Shown one piece after another: positions 63,490 through 64,000 of a DNA stretch of 64,000 nucleotides (position 1 is its first letter; the number at the start of each line of letters is the position of its first letter). The stretch is taken from the NCBI GenBank assembly GCA_965153285.1, contig OZ229116.1; one strand, 5' to 3'. Origin of the DNA: Podarcis tiliguerta. Taxonomy: Eukaryota. A program made the position numbers and the translations under genes. The notes under the pieces are model-generated. The model worked only from the letters and a program-made list of their open reading frames with translations, was not told the origin of the DNA and made no database searches.

Positions 63490-64000
63490 GTGCGCAGTAC
63501 CCCCGATCCTACGTGACTCCTGGCAGAGCACTCCTGGACCACCTCCCCAAGTCACGAACCTTGAGGTTCCTGCCAAACCTCAGTTCAAATAACCAATCAC
63601 AACTTGGGAGGTGGAGCCAGGGGAGTGGACCAAGTAAGGGTAGGATCCCCTCTTTAAGCATAAAAGAGGGAGCTCTCAGTCAGCTCCAGAGCTTCACCTG
63701 CCCTATCCTCCCTTCGTTTAGACCTTTTATTGCAGGTTGGCTTCTTCTTTACAGGTATGTTGGTGCTGCTGCAGTCTTACGATGGTTGCTGTTAAAGGAC
63801 CAGGAAGGAATTTCCCCTGCATTGGCAGGTTTCGCCTTCCCCATAGCAAAATGTCACAACTTTGGCGGTTTTAGGCCTTGGCCGGAATCCTTTAATCTAT
63901 CTTCCCTAAATGGGTTGTGGGGGGGGGGTGAAGTGGTGAAACACCCCCCCCCCCGCTGCAGCGATCCCAGGGTTCCCCATTAAAGGGGTTGTGTTGAGGG
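63490..64000 (+). mobile_element. LTR-like element related to 42396-43133, running off the window edge
   Basis: CCAAT at 63593-63597 and CATAAAA at 63659-63665. Shared core ggaaggaattt...ccttcc..tagcaa..gtcacaactttg..gcggtt..agg at about 63803-63875. Confidence 0.6.

Noticed and set aside
63513-63983. 156-aa ORF
   Set aside because: GTG start, lies inside an LTR-like repeat, and has no gag/pol/env motifs.
56894-64000. Further upstream CDH19 exons (EC4)
   Set aside because: I found no minus-strand match to the expected ..ND.APEF...YE.YVCEN.. exon by eye; it probably lies beyond the window.

Overview
This is squamate (lizard, most likely lacertid) nuclear DNA, judged from Sauria SINEs, BovB, CR1 and squamate-type MITEs. 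The only host gene I can support is the 3' end of cadherin-19 (CDH19) on the minus strand. Three coding exons are present: 56776-56893, 50811-51062 and 49160-49653. They encode EC5, the transmembrane segment and the cytoplasmic tail, with GT-AG introns and consistent phases. Bases 1-48000 are gene-free and rich in repeats: BovB/CR1/L2 LINE fragments, Sauria and tRNA-derived SINEs, Tigger-like and hAT MITEs (several nested), microsatellites and some candidate conserved non-coding elements. Almost all ORFs in the supplied track are spurious or transposon-derived. I found no convincing new multi-gene system. The most unusual items are (i) an intact-ended 1.16-kb non-autonomous L1-like element with a perfect 17-bp target duplication, (ii) an LTR-like repeat family whose internal stem shows a compensatory base-pair change between copies, and (iii) a divergent CDH19 C-terminus. 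All alignments were made by eye; no searches were run.
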